NCBI RefSeq assembly: GCF_018350175.1
Contig: NC_058368.1
Coordinates: 63,986,001-64,050,000, forward strand
Direction of reading: 5' to 3'
DNA length: 64,000 bases
Origin: Felis catus
Lineage: Eukaryota
Shown here in pieces: positions 27,641-41,038 of the stretch. Every line of letters starts with the position of its first letter. Positions within the stretch are counted from its first letter, which is position 1. The position numbers and the translations under genes were made by a program. Under the pieces are notes generated by a model. That model ran no database searches and was not told where the DNA came from. It saw nothing but the letters and a program-made list of their open reading frames with translations.

Positions 27641-27926
27641 TTTTAAGATTGTGGTAAAATACACATAACATGAGACTTACTACCTCAACCATTTTTAAGT
27701 GTGTGTTTCAATGGTATTTAGTACATTCGCAGTGTTATGCAAACATCACCACCATCTATCCCCAGACTCTTCATCTTGCAAAACTGAAGCCTTCTAACCA
27801 TTAAACAATAACTTTTCATTACCCCTCCACTCAGTCAATGGCAACCACCAATTTTTTTTTCTAATTTCCCTTTTTCTCCCCATGTCCCAGCCTTTGGTAA
27901 CCATTCTACACTGTTACTATGAGTTC

Positions 27927-27971
<45 letters not shown>

Positions 27972-29620
27972 TGTAAGTGAAATCATGCAATGTTTGTCTT
28001 TCTGTGTCTGGCTTATTTCACTTGTGTTGTTCATTCATGTTGTCACAAATTTCAGGATTTCTTCATTGTGTGTATATATCACATTTCTTTAACCATTTAT
28101 CCATCGACAGACATTTAGGTGTTTTCATATTGGCTAATGTGAATAATGAATGCTTCAGTGTACATGGGTGTGTAGATATCTTTTCAAGATCCTGGTTTCA
28201 ATTCCTTTGATTATGTATTCAGAAATGGGATTGTTGGATCACATTATAGTTCTGTTTTAAATTTTTTGTTTGTTTATTTTGAGAGAGATCATGTGCAAGA
28301 GAGAGCTTGAGTGGGACAGGGGCAGAGAGAGAGGAAGAGAGAGAATCCACACTGTCAGTGCTGTCAGTGCAGAACCCGACATGGGCTCAGACTCATGAAC
28401 TGTGAGATCATGACCTGAACTGAAATCAAGAGTTGAATGCTAACCAACTTAGCCACCTAGGCACCCCCTGTTTTAAATTTTTTGAGGAAAATCCATTCTG
28501 TTTTTTATAATGGCTGTAACGATTTACATTCTCTGCAATAGCACATAAGTTCCATTTCCTCCACATCCTTGCCAATACTTTTTTGCTTCTTGCTTCCTCC
28601 CTCCTCTTTTTTTCTCTTTTCTTTTCTTTTCTTTTCTTTTCTTTTCTTTTCTTTTCTTTTCTTTTCTTTTCTTTTCTTTTCTTTTCTTTTTTTTTCTTTT
28701 CTCTTCTCTTCTCTTTTCCTTCCTTCCTTCCTTCCTTCCTTCCTTCCTTCCTTCCTTCCTTCCTTTTCCTTTTTTTAAAAAACAATAACCATTCTAACAG
28801 GTGTGAAGTGATATCTCAATGTGGTTTTGATTTGCACTTCTCTGATGATTAGTAAGTTTGGGCACTTTTTCATAAATCCATTGGCCATTTTTATATGCCT
28901 TCTTTGGAAAAAAAATCAATTGAGTCTTTGCCCAATTTTTAATTGTGTTATTTGTGTGTGTGTGTGTGTGTGTGTGTGTTTTGCTATTGAGTTGTAAGTT
29001 TCCTTATATATATTGGATATAACTTTTTTTTAAGTTTATTTATTTATTTTGAGAGAGAGGGAGAGACAGAGACAGAGGGAGTGGGAGAGAATCCCAAGAA
29101 GCCTCCACACTATCAGTGCAGAGCCTGATGTGGGCCTTGAACTCATGGAACTATGAGATCATGACCTGAGTTGAAATCAAGAGTTGGACGCGTAACTGAC
29201 TGAGCCACCGAGGTGCCCCTTGGATATAACTTTTTATGAGATATATGGCTTTGGATGTATTTTCTCCCATTTAGTAGACTAGTTTTTAATTTTGTTGATG
29301 GTTTCCTTTGCTGTACAGAAACCTTTTAGTTTAGTATAGTTCCACTTGTTTTTGCATTTATTTTTTCTTTTGTTGTCTATGCTTTTGGTGTCATGTCAAC
29401 AAGTCATTGCCAATACCTATGCAAAGCTTTTTATGATTTTTCTTCTAGGAGTTTTATGATTCCCAGTCTTATGTTTAAATATTTAACCCATTTTGAACTG
29501 GTTGTTGTGTATGATGTGAGAGAAGCATCCAATTTCATTCTTTTGCATGTTCTGGTCCAGTTTTCCCAGTAACATTTATTGAAGAAACTATCTTTTCCCC
29601 ATTGTGAATATTTTAATTGC
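27640..29620 (-). mobile_element. L1 3' region with inserted SINEs (28262..28468, 29023..29219) and (CTTTT)n/(CCTT)n tract (28610..28765)
   Basis: ORF2 peptide [26 protein letters not shown]; second SINE has TSD TGGATATAACTTTTT. Confidence 0.85.
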
Positions 29621-31125
29621 ACAAGAAAACACTGTGAATTTTGCCCTTATTTGAAGTAGTTTATGAATGCCAATAAGGTTAAGGTGATTTACAATGTAGT
29701 TTCACGTGTTTAAGGAGACTCACAGGATCCTGGGTGTCAGGATTATGTTAAGCCAAATTTCCCTTTTGCCCCTAGCAAAGTGTCATCATCAAGGCAGCTG
29801 AGCTCCTAGAGGAAAGCCTGTTTCAAGGACTTGTCAATGGGCTGTAGGCAGTAAGGGAATTTAATTTTTCATTTGCCTTTTTTTCCCATATCACCATGGC
29901 AAGTACTTAAAACCCCTTACATCTTGATGAGGGTGATATTAGGGCTCCAGGAAATGGAATCTATAGGTTGCTATGGATAAGACTGCCTTTTTCTTGCAGT
30001 TTACTAAGTTATCCATAAACTGAAGGAGACTCCTATCCTGCAAGTCTGTGAGCTCTGTCAGTCAACCATTTGTTTCCTTTCCTTTCCTTTGCTCTTGGGC
30101 AGACAGGAGTGTCCGAGGTATATCACACATATCCGACCTGGGGGCAGGGGGTTGCTGTTAGCCTGTACTTTGCCTCAGCTTGTCTTATGCCCCCTCATCA
30201 TTTCCCCCTCTCTTTTCTTTCCTTCCTTCCTTTTTTTTCCATTTAGAGAATGCCTCAATTTAGATTTTCTGATATTTCCTTGTGATTAGATTCAGGTACT
30301 ACATTTTGACAAGAATATTACAGAACTAATGCTGCATTTTTTCATTGCATTCTGTCAGGTCAGACATAATTTCAGTTTATCTCATTAGTAATGATGCATA
30401 TTTTGACAGGTTGATCAAGGTGGTATCTACTTGGTTTCCACTCTGTTAGTCTCTATCACCAGACTGTCTTCTTTTATCTTATGTCAATTCTCTTAAAAGA
30501 CAATAGAATTTTATCTGTTTCTTTACCTATTTTTATCTATTATATCAAGCAGATGGTTTCATTCCTTGCTGTACTTATAGTTATGGTACCTAGTGCAAAA
30601 CTCAAACATGTTTGTTGTTCACAACTGAATCTGTGTTTCTGATACAAAGTTGTCTTCCATTACTGTTTTTCTCTGTAGTGATACCACCAACTACCAATTT
30701 GTTCATGCTGAGGCTTCCCAGTGGGACTGACTAAAGCCCTTTCATTCCCTCCTATTGTATAGCCTATTATATTGGTGAACTAGAGATATAACAAGAGGTT
30801 AACAAACTTTTCTGGTTAGGGTATGAGAAAGACTCACCATGAGGGATCAAAGCAGGAATCTTTTTTGGCATAAACTCAGCCTGGATCCATCTCTCTTTTT
30901 TTTAAATAAGTGAATAGAAAAATTCCATCATTGGAGAGTTAGTTTCTATTACATAAAAAATGAAAATGCCTATAGCTCACAATCATAGAAGAGAAAACAT
31001 CACGCTTTGTAAAAATAATTACAGGAAGCAGAAATAAAGTATAGAGAGCATTGACTTTGTGCTATCTTTTTTTTTTTTTTTTGGCTAAGGAAAAATAAGC
31101 GAAGAAGGGATGAGAAGAGAACAGC

Positions 31126-31183
31126 ATGGGGTGTTGTATGGAAGCCAGTTTGACAATAAATTATATTAAAAAAGAAAAGAAAA
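31126..31183 (+). mobile_element. Extreme 3' tip of a feline L1
   Basis: ggggtgttgtatggaagccagtttgacaataaa followed by an A tail. Confidence 0.65.
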
Positions 31184-32165
31184 GACAACAGTATAAGATG
31201 TTTAGAATAGAACATTGTAAGCAAGGAACATTAAGAAGACAAATGAATGACAGAATTTTCAAATATGCAAAGCCTAGGATACTAAACCGCTTTTGTTACT
31301 GTTCCTGAAAGATTCATGTAAAGTCATTTTTTAGGCAATTAAACACATGAATCAAAAACTAAACTTGTGGGAAATAGAAATGTAAATGTCAGCAAAACAC
31401 AGGAATAATTGTAAATCAAGACTTAATTCTAATTATTTCTCTAATCATATACTATAAATATGAATCAGAATGTGATTGCCATAGGAAAAGATGTATGATC
31501 TAAAAGTAATAATTTAACTCCACAATCCAGCAGTTGGCACGAGGAACCAGGGGTGAAATTAAAATTTTTAAAATTCTTACAAAAAGTATGTGATATATTT
31601 GTTTATTCATCATGCTGACAGGCAATTTGCATTTAAGTATATCTAAAGCTTTAAGGTATTTTAAGTGAGGACAGGTATGCTCTAGATTGTAATGAGAAAT
31701 GACATAGACTTTATTCAGCAAAATATGGCAAAGATATAAAAACAAAAATATTAAAATGACAAAAGTAAAGCTAAATATATCATTTAGGAGAGTAATTTTA
31801 ATGGATACTTAATCTCAATTGGGTAAAAAAAAATTAAAAATCAAATATATACTGTTATGTGAAAAACCTAAAATAAAGAGATTTAGAGAATTTTTAAAAA
31901 GGAAATGGGAAAAAAAAGATGCACCAGGTAAATGGAAGCAAAATGAGACCAGTGATCAGATTATTAAAATTAATATAACGTGTTCTTAAAAGCATTAAAA
32001 AACAATGTGTCACTCTTTATTGATGAAGCATGCAACTGGTAATAAAAGCATACCAGCACTCAAGCCCTTATATGTGCCAAATAATATGTGATTTAATGTC
32101 ATATACCATTAAAACAAAGCAAAACAAAACAAAACAAAACTAATAATGTAAAGGGGGACAACATT

Positions 32166-32387
32166 TATTTATTATTTTTTTAAAAGGTTTTAATGTTTAT
32201 TTATTTTTGAGAGAGAGAGTGTGAATGGGGAGGGCAGAGAGAGGGGGAGACACAGAATTTAAAGCAGGCTCTAGGCTCTGAGCTGTCAGCACAGAATCCC
32301 ACAGGGAGCTTGAACTCACAAATAGCAAGATCATGACCTGAGCTGAAGTCAGAAGCTTAACTGACTGAGCCACCCAGGTGCTCCATG
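32166..32387 (-). mobile_element. CAN-SINE
   Basis: TSD GGGACAACATTT. Confidence 0.92.
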
Positions 32388-33111
32388 GGACAACATTTAA
32401 TAGTAATGAGAGTTGGAAACTCACCACTCAGGTTTTCCTATGCCAAGAAGATAAAATATATAATTGGATGCAGAGAAACTAAATGAGATAATAATACTGA
32501 TTAAAAACAGTAAACTTAGTACCCTCCAAACATTTATTCTAACCTGGAGTGCCCCTGATATATATAAAATATGATTGCATGTTAAACCTTTGCCCTAACA
32601 TTAGTAGGAAATGTAGAAGTCATGTGTCTAATCACACCCCAATATAAAATAAAATAAATTTATAAAAAAATGAACAATTTAACATCCTAAGGAAAGAAAC
32701 AGATGAGAACAAAGATTTTGATATATGAATATCAATCACTGCCTTATTTATAATACCAAAAGTAAATAACCAAAATGATTGATTAAAAAACAGTCAGATT
32801 TTACTGCTATTACAATTTGTCATCTAGAAGTTATTGAGTATTATTTATGCAGGCACTGTTGTAGCTGTCTAAAGGTTATGTCTTAACACACACACTTAAA
32901 TCAAGGATTATACTAATTTTATTCTTATTGAGTTTGATTCTAATTCTTAATAAAGTTGGTGGTTGTTAGAATGAATGAAAAAAGGGAATTTTGTCTCTTA
33001 CTGAAGTGTTTGTGTGCTCATGTAGTTATGTCTGTATGCCAAAGTTTTGAAAAAGAAGAGAAGGGTTGAATTTAAATAATTTTATTTGCAATCTTAACAC
33101 TTGCTCTTTGT

Positions 33112-33229
33112 TTTTGTTGTCGTTTGTTTGTTTTTTAAGTAGGCTTCACACCCAGTGTGGGTCTTGGACTCAAGACCCAGAGACCAAGAGTTGCAGGCTC
33201 TATTGACTGAGCCCAGCCAGGCATCCCCC
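33112..33229 (-). mobile_element. Short CAN-SINE
   Basis: tRNA-like head without CT body; TSD-like TGCA(G)TCTTAACACTTG. Confidence 0.75.
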
Positions 33230-34421
33230 TGCAGTCTTAACACTTGAGTTTAAGATGTTACCTTTCTTTGTAAAATCTGGAGAATTTCATAATGACTTCT
33301 ACTTTTATTAGTCATTGATATTTCATATATAAAGAAAGTTTACTTATAGGCTCAAGCAAATCATACTTTTACTTAGGCTAATAAGTCTGAAGCTTTACTC
33401 TGTCCTTACGTTTATAAAAAATACTCATTATTGTCTTTAAATTATGGAGTTTTTTGTGTCCTTACAGATGGAATAGAAATTGTGAGATATTTAATGCAGG
33501 TGGCTCATGTTGTATACTGTATAGACTGGACCCATGGCAAGCAACTCTTGCCATACTGTTTATAAATAACAGTAATATAGGTTATCTTTAGTAAAGTAAA
33601 TGTAGGAACTATATGCTATGACTAAAAATGAGTAAAAATTTGTTTAAATTTTACTCTTAAGTAATTTTAAGTAACATTAAAATGTTAGATAGTTCATTTA
33701 AATTAACCACTTGCAAAATTTGGATTAAAAAATAAAACATTACATATCTAGAGTTTTCAAGTTAAACAGTTACAAGTATATTCTGGAAAGTATATTTAGA
33801 ACCACTAATTTGAACATTTGATTGTGGCATTCTGAAATTGAAGCTGTCAACACAAATTATAACACACATATCTCTATAGTTAATTTTTATTTTAATTTTT
33901 GAGTAAAATGTCAATGGATTATTTGGGTATTACTTTGTTTGACAAACATGGAAAGTACCCAAACAAATTTTTAAGTTTTCTTCTGTTCATCTTTTCTATA
34001 TTCTCTTAAATAAGCATGCAATCCTCTTACAAACACTATGAATTTAAACAAACAAATAAAGACTTTCTTTGGTGAGGATCAACTCAAATAGACTTTGCTT
34101 TATCTAATGAACCAACATTTTGGTACAAAAATCTGTAACAAGAAAGAAGTGGAGAAAAAAATTGAAAAAAGAAAAAGAAAAGTAAAAAAAAGAAGAAGGC
34201 AGCATCTTTAAGAAGGTTCTCTTAGAAAGATACCCCTTGTTCCTCTTAGAAGTTGTAATCTCACTCTGCTAAAATCACATTTTCTTTAAATTTCTGAATC
34301 TTCTAAAATTTCAAATCCTTTAAGATCTCATGGCAAAAAAAAAAAAAAAACCATCAGAGAACATTTGCTGCTTATTCGGGTATTTGTTGCTTTCCTCTCT
34401 TTGTTTTTCTTATCTCATTTT

Positions 34422-34658
34422 GATGCTGATAGGCTGGGTCCAGTTAGGGGGGGAGGGGATTTCCACAGGACTAACCAAGAGGGTCCCTGACTACAAGCAG
34501 AATAGAAATCAAATGTAAGCCAGTAGGAGATGAAAGCCAAGTTTATTGGTCGTATAGAGAGAGTGCAGGTACAGACAGAGTATCCCAGAAAAAAAAAGGA
34601 GGGAGTCTCCTCTTTGTTTGGGGTGAGTTTTTATGTTTTAATTTTTTTAATGTTTATT

Positions 34659-34709
<51 letters not shown>

Positions 34710-35325
34710 GACTGAGACAGAACATGAGGGGGGAGGGGCAGAGAGAGAGGGAGACACAGCATCTGAAGAGGGCTCCAGGCTCTGAGCTGTCAGCACAGAG
34801 CCTGGCTGGAACTCCTTCAGGAACAGTGAGATCACGACTGGAGCCAAAGTCTGACGCTCAGCTGACTGAGCCACCCAGACGCCCCGGGATGAGTTTTATT
34901 GAGGATCATGGTCTGGTCCGTGTGTCTGCTCAGGCATCCAGGAAGCAGTTCGAAGAAAGATAAGTGCGCAGCTGTTCTTCTTTGTGGCCAGAGGGTCTGG
35001 GCGCCAAGATATGTAGCTCTGGTGGACTGGAATAGCATGTGATGGCTTCTTCTGGTCATCCTCATGTGGTCCTTCCTTAGATGTTATCTATTGTAAGCAA
35101 ATCATTAATTCCCTGTCCCCTACAAGGAAGACGTACACTATTTGCATTTTGAGGCAAGTGGAAAGTGGGGGTGCAGGTACTAGCAAGAATAGAAGCAGGC
35201 AAAGGAGCAAAAAGCAAAGGAGCAAAAATATGTTTTTGGAGTCCTTCAGTTTCCTTACCTCAATTTCTTCCCTTCCCCTTCTCCCTCCCCTTTTCGCTTG
35301 CTCCTTCTTTCTCTGTCTCCTGAGA
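34422..35325. mobile_element. Solo LTR-like element with an inserted SINE (about 34635..34885, minus)
   Basis: tttattgg poly(A)-signal complement, GC-richer body, SINE flanked by TGAGTTTT; family not identified. Confidence 0.55.
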
Positions 35326-35565
35326 TTTTCTAGCTCATTCCTATACCTCCATACCACATAATTTTAACCAACCTCATATTTATGCTGATACTCTTAAACT
35401 CACCTGTAACAATCATTTAAAGAATTAAGATGCTTAAGTATCACAAATAATAACTTTGTTGAAGAATAAAATGGATGCTCTTTTCAAAAAGAACAAGAAA
35501 CTAAATTTAAATAAATTTCTGCTCATTTTGACAGTATACATCTTTCAAATCAAAATGTAATTTCT

Positions 35566-35788
35566 TTTTTTTAATTAAAAAAATTTTTTTTTAATGTTTA
35601 TTTATTTTTGAGAGAGACAGAGTGTGAGCAGGGGAGGGGCAGAGAGAGGGAGACACAGAATTGGAAGCAGGCTCCAGGCTCCGAGCTGTCAGCCTGGAGC
35701 CCCGATGCGGGGCTCGAACTCACAGACTGTGAGGTCATGACCTGAGCTGAGGTCGGACGCTTAACCGACTGAGCCACCCAGGCGCCCC
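35566..35788 (-). mobile_element. CAN-SINE
   Basis: TSD TCAAAATGTAATTTCT. Confidence 0.93.
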
Positions 35789-36338
35789 TCAAAATGTAAT
35801 TTCTAAATTCCCCTATTTTGAGGGGTTTACCTTCTACATTTCCCCTGACTAATAATGAATTCTAAACCTGGCTTTAAATGTGCTTTAAAATTTTATCTTA
35901 GCTATATTTCTAGGAACTGCCAGCTTCCATTGTTGAGGTAAATGTGTCATCCAGGAAACTTTCCTGCTGGGGTAGCTGTTCTCCAATTCTTTTTCAAATC
36001 TACCACTGCCCCAGGGGAAATAGGGGATTCTCACCTTGCAATACATACTTGTTTGAGCTTTGATTTCCCAGGCTTACTATAGAAAAGAGGAAAGAAGTGG
36101 CTGTCCGGGGTAGGTTACTAATTGTAGAAATGATGTCAGTTCAGCATTTCCCACTGTATCATAACACTAAATAAATAGGTAAAAAAATAAGAGTGAAGTT
36201 TAAAAAAGAGAGATTAAACATAATATTTTCATTCAAATAAAGATTTGAGGACATGTGAGTCCTCAAATGTTATCTAAAGTATCATTTTCTGTGTTCTTAT
36301 TCATATCACAAAAGGCAATTATTTCAGTTTTATTGTGA

Positions 36339-36960
36339 TGTCAGGGAGCAAGAATTCTTGTCCTCTTCAAGGTCCTTTTATCTGGACTAAGAATCAAATT
36401 GACATGAGACAGATTATCAGGAAAATATAAAATTTAATAGTCACATGTGTTCGAGGAATCCATGCATACCTGGAAATCCAAAGACAGGCAAAATGAAGTA
36501 TATGTGTCTTTCTGAATTAAGGAGAAGGGAAGAATGAAAAAGAGTGAATGTTTGGTATACAAGGGCCATTCAGAAACTCTGGGACAGAGAGAGAACTTTG
36601 ATCCAATAGGGCTTGCTAAATTGCTCCCTATCTATTGATGTGGGAAACAAAGGAGAAGGAAATGATACAATTAAATTTCCTTTTAATCTGCAGCCCATTG
36701 ACAAATACTTGAGGCAGGCAAAGTACCACATTCCTCCTGGAACTCCCAATTGTCTTAATGTTATGCTTTGCTAGAATGAAAAACAGCCTTAGCTTGACAC
36801 TAGCTAGGCCTCTGGGATGCTGTCTTCTTGAGCTTCTTTAGCATTTGAAAATCCTTTTGGAAAATTACTCTTGCCCTTATTTCCCCCAACTCCCAAGTAT
36901 GTAATCAGTCACTCCTCATGATTCCAGGGCAGCTCTTTCTGCCCATGGGTCCTGTGGAAA
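36339..36960. mobile_element. Carnivore ERV LTR fragments
   Basis: First part resembles 52683..53650 (tctggactaagaatcaaattgacatgagacagatt); second LTR-like block from about 36637. Confidence 0.5.
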
Positions 36961-37039
36961 CATTTAGGAAGATATCCACAATAAACAAGAAATGATAAAT
37001 AAGTATTTTTTTCTTTTTTTAATGAGCACAAAAAATATA

Positions 37040-37242
37040 TAGAAAAACCTTGGATTACAAGTAACTTGTTCTGCAAGTGTTCCGCAAGACGAGCAAACAT
37101 TTCTAATAAATTTTAACTTGATAAACAAGTGATGTCTTGCAGGGAGCCAATGGTTCTTGAAACTCACTTTGATATAAAAGTGCTTTGGATTACAAGCATG
37201 TTTCTGGAATGAATTATGCTTGCAAATCAAGTTTTTACTGTA
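37040..37242. mobile_element. Tigger/Tc1-mariner-type MITE
   Basis: Imperfect TIRs ending ACTG-TA; both ends homologous to 51351..52197. Confidence 0.7.
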
Positions 37243-37719
37243 TTCATGTTTTCTTAATTTTGTTTACTTATCAGAAATATGGGTATAGAACTTGAAAAAT
37301 TCTCCTCAGAGTATCATGACCAAGAGAATGAGAAAGTTAATGTGTGTGTATATCTATCAGCAGATATGTATGCATACACATATTGTATGCATACACATTA
37401 CCTTATTAAAGTTGACTTATTTCTCACAATAACCATATAGCATATGTAGTGTAGCTTCCTTAGTGTCCATCCAGATTAAAAGTTACAGAAAAATAAAATA
37501 TAGATATTGATCACCTGTTCTATAGTCTATTTTTTATTATGATGATTTATTGATATGGTTAACATATATTCAATACAGAAAAATAAGTCAATAATGAGCC
37601 TGGTAAATAGTATTTGATGATATTTAGTGGTATTTAAAAAAAAAGTCCCATGGAATTAGGAAGTGTAATGCCTTCAGCTAAAGATTCATACTTTCTGATT
37701 CCATAGTATGGTATAATTC

Positions 37720-39285
37720 TGTAATAATCAAAGCAGTATGGTAGTGGCATAAAAGCAGACAGAGCAATGAGTGTATTAGAGAGCCCAGAAATAAACTCAT
37801 ACATGTATGATCAACTGATCTTTGACAAGAATACAAAATGGAGAAAGGACAGGCTCCAAAAAATGATACTGGAAGAACTGGTTATACACATGTGAAAGAA
37901 TGAAATTGGACCCATACCTCACCACATATGAAAATCAATTCAAAATGGATGAAAGATTTAAATGTAGGCCTGAAACCTTAAAATTCCTAAGAAAAATATA
38001 AGGAAAGACTCCTTGATGTGAGTCTTGGCAATGATGTTTTTGGATATGACACCAAAAGTGCAGACAACAAAAGCAAGAATGAACATGTGAGACTGCATCA
38101 AACTAAAAAGCTTCCGCACAGCAAAGGAAACTGTCAACCAAAAGAAAAGGCAACCTACAGAATGGGGGGAACATATTATAAATCATGTATCTGTTAAAGA
38201 GTTAATATCCAAAATATGTAATAAACGCCTAAAACTCAATAGCAGAAAACAAATGACCTGATTAAATACTGGGCAAAGCACCTGAATAGACATTTTTCTA
38301 AAGAAGACATACAAATGGCTAGGAGGTACATGAAAGTTGCTCAACATCACTAATAATCAGGGAAATGCAGATTAAAACCAAAATGAGATACTACCTCATA
38401 CCAATTAAGATGGCTATTATTTAAAGGTAGAAAAAAAAAAAGAAAAGAGCTGAGGTTGTGGAGGAATAGGAATACTGATATGCTCTTGGTGGGAATGTAA
38501 ATTTGTTCAGCCATCATGGAAAACGGCACAGAGTTTCCTCAAAAAATTAAAAATAGAACTACCATATGGTTCAGCAATCACACTTGTGGGTATTTATCCA
38601 AAGAAATTGAATTCAGGATTTCAGAGTTCTCTGTACTCCCATGTTCATCACAGCATTACTCACATTAGGCAAAATATGGAAACAACCTAAATGTCCACCA
38701 GTGGATGAATATATAAAGAAAATATGTTATATACATACAATGAAATATTATTCAGCCTTAAAAAAAGAAAATCCTGCCATTTGCAATAATATGGATGAAC
38801 CTGCAGTACATTATGCTAAGTGAAATAGCCAATCACACAAAGATAAATACTGTATGACATCATTTACATGTGTAGTCTAAAGTGATCAAACTCATAGAAG
38901 CAGAGCGTAGAATGGTGGTTTTCAGGAGTTGGGCAGAGGGGAAAATGGGACAGTCATAGTCAAAAGATGCAATGTTTTAGTTATACAAGATAAATAAGTT
39001 CTGGAGATCTATAATTCATGATAGTGCCTATAACTAACAATATTGTATACGTAAAAGTTTCTAAGTAGGTAGGTCTTATGTTAAGTGTTCTTACTACATA
39101 CACACTAATAATAACAATGGGAAGAGGAGGAAACTTTTCAAGGTCATGGTATATCTATGGCCTTGATGGTGGTGATGGTTTCATGGGTGTCTATTTATCC
39201 TCAAACTCATCAAGTTGTAAACATTAAATATGCACTTTGTTTATATGTCATTAATACTTTAATAAAGTGGTTGGGAAAAAAAATG
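37720..39285 (+). mobile_element. L1 ORF2 3' portion and 3'UTR
   Basis: Peptide MFITALLTLGKIWKQPKCPPVDEYIKK; aataaag plus A tail near 39260..39283. Confidence 0.88.
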
Positions 39286-39375
39286 ATTGAACCCTTGCTT
39301 CCCTCCCCCGCCCCCAGCCCCCAGCTAAAAAAGGCCCATGGAAGAAAGATGTTTGGAAATTCATTTTTGTTTTAG

Positions 39376-39376
<1 letters not shown>

Positions 39377-39422
<46 letters not shown>
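39377..39422. repeat. (TG)n microsatellite
   Basis: Direct reading. Confidence 0.97.
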
Positions 39423-39425
<3 letters not shown>

Positions 39426-39545
39426 ACATGCCTAGCTAGATATTATTAATTCTAGAGTATCCATTCACTGGTAAAGTGAGACATGAAAGAAAACTCATGT
39501 TCACTGTACTTATAAAACCAGGAAATAATTAAGAAAGTAACATGA

Positions 39546-39763
39546 GGGGCGCTGGGTGGCGCAGTCGGTTAAGCGTCCCACTTCAGCCAGGTCACGATCT
39601 CGTGGTCCGTGAGTTCGAGCCCCGCGTCAGGCTCTGGGCTGATGGCTCAGAGCCTGGAGCCTGTTTCCGATTCTGTGTCTCCCTCTCTCTCTGCCCCTCC
39701 CCCGTTCATGCTCTGTCTCTCTCTGTCCCGAAAATAAAAATAAAAAATAAAAATTAAAAAAAA
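39546..39763 (+). mobile_element. Young feline SINE
   Basis: TSD AAGAAAGTAACATGA. Confidence 0.95.
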
Positions 39764-40034
39764 AAGAAAGTAACATGATAATATTGATTTATTAATTTAA
39801 AACTACTGTTATTTTATAGTTTATTTTATACCAAAAGTAGAAAAAATAGATACAGTATTTTTCTTTTATATCTCTGATGCATTTACAATATTGTTCTTCT
39901 TGAAAATAATATTCAGTTAGCATGGACATGAAAATTTTGAATCATTTAAAAAAGCATAAAAATTTATCCCAAACTAGTCTCCACTCTATAGTAGTTTGAT
40001 GTGTTTCCTTCCAGTGTTTCCAGTAAGCATTTTG

Positions 40035-40215
40035 TATAGTGATTAAGAGCATGAACTCTAGCCAGACTCTCTCCCCTTAAATTCAAACTCACCAAATTAG
40101 GGCAAGTTACTGGCTATTTGTGTACATCAGTTTCTTCATCTGTAAAATGCATATCCCAGTGTTGTCCATATTCCAGTGTGCTGACGTGGATTAAATGAGT
40201 TTAAATATACAAACT
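40035..40215 (+). mobile_element. MIR
   Basis: gtgattaagagcatgaactct...gggcaagttac...cagtttcttcatctgtaaaatg core. Confidence 0.8.
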
Positions 40216-40453
40216 ACTCAAAGACCTTCCTGTCTTAAACATAGTACGCACAACCCAAGTAGTGGGACATGTGTTCTGTGTCTCCAGGAGATTCCCAACT
40301 TAGACCTCTTGGCCTAAAGTATTTTATTATTACTCCCTCCTTTACTGTCAGTTGGCCTGGTATGGAGAAATAACTTTATGGTCACCATATATTTGAAAAT
40401 GTGTTATTATTGATTTTCTGAGCATGTACATAATTTTCATACGGTAGAGGTAA

Positions 40454-41003
40454 TGTTAGGAGCCAAGCTCCTAGGCCCTATGGAATGAGAGTTGGCGCAA
40501 AGAACCACTCGGCACTCCGATTTCGGCAGAGAGTCTTTACTGGTGCACCAGGGCTCCCCAGTGTTAGAAAGCGGGAGAGCTCCGATATACGGGGTTACAG
40601 GTCTTTTATACCATTTTGAGTTACATTTGCATACAGGCTGGTGGTAGGCTCTCTGCTCGGTGGTGGTTAGGGTTGGGGGTAATTTCGTCCTGGGAAAGCT
40701 TGGGAAATGGAGTTTCTCTCGGCAGATGCAACTTGGAGCCCGGGTGCGAAGCGGCAGGGGACCTCCGGTTTGGGAGCGTAAGCAGGTTTACAGAAGCGAG
40801 ATGAAAGCGGTCATCGTTATTTATGTGACAACCTGTTCCTGTCTTGCGTAGGGAAAGGTGGGGGTACAGCTCTCCCAGGGTACGGATGTCTAACTGCAGA
40901 TATCCTGTTTGTCAACTGGTGGAAGTGCAAGCCCTGCAAGTGAGGCGTTACGGAACTGAAGATAGGGTGGGGGTGTGTTATTAAGCTAAGCAGGGGTCTT
41001 TCA
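40454..41003 (-). repeat. 3' LTR (550 bp)
   Basis: Preceded by the PPT, begins TGAAAGACCCC, ends CA at the TSD. Confidence 0.97.
40536..40541 (-). terminator. Variant polyadenylation signal AGTAAA in R (copy in the 5' LTR at 48850..48855)
   Basis: CCAGTAAAGAC about 60 nt downstream of the TATA box; no AATAAA seen in R. Confidence 0.7.
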
Positions 41004-41020
41004 TTCCCCCATTTTCTTTT
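41004..41020 (-). other. Polypurine tract
   Basis: AAAAGAAAATGGGGGAA directly abutting the TG of the 3' LTR. Confidence 0.9.
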
Positions 41021-41038
41021 GGCGTCGAATGAAACCTT

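Noticed and set aside
28426..28852. Lys/Arg/Glu-rich and Phe/Ser-rich ORFs
   Set aside because: Translation of a (CTTTT)n/(CCTT)n simple repeat.
36243..36268. 10-bp perfect inverted repeat (and an 8-bp one near 59945)
   Set aside because: Isolated short hairpins are expected by chance or local template switching; no supporting context.
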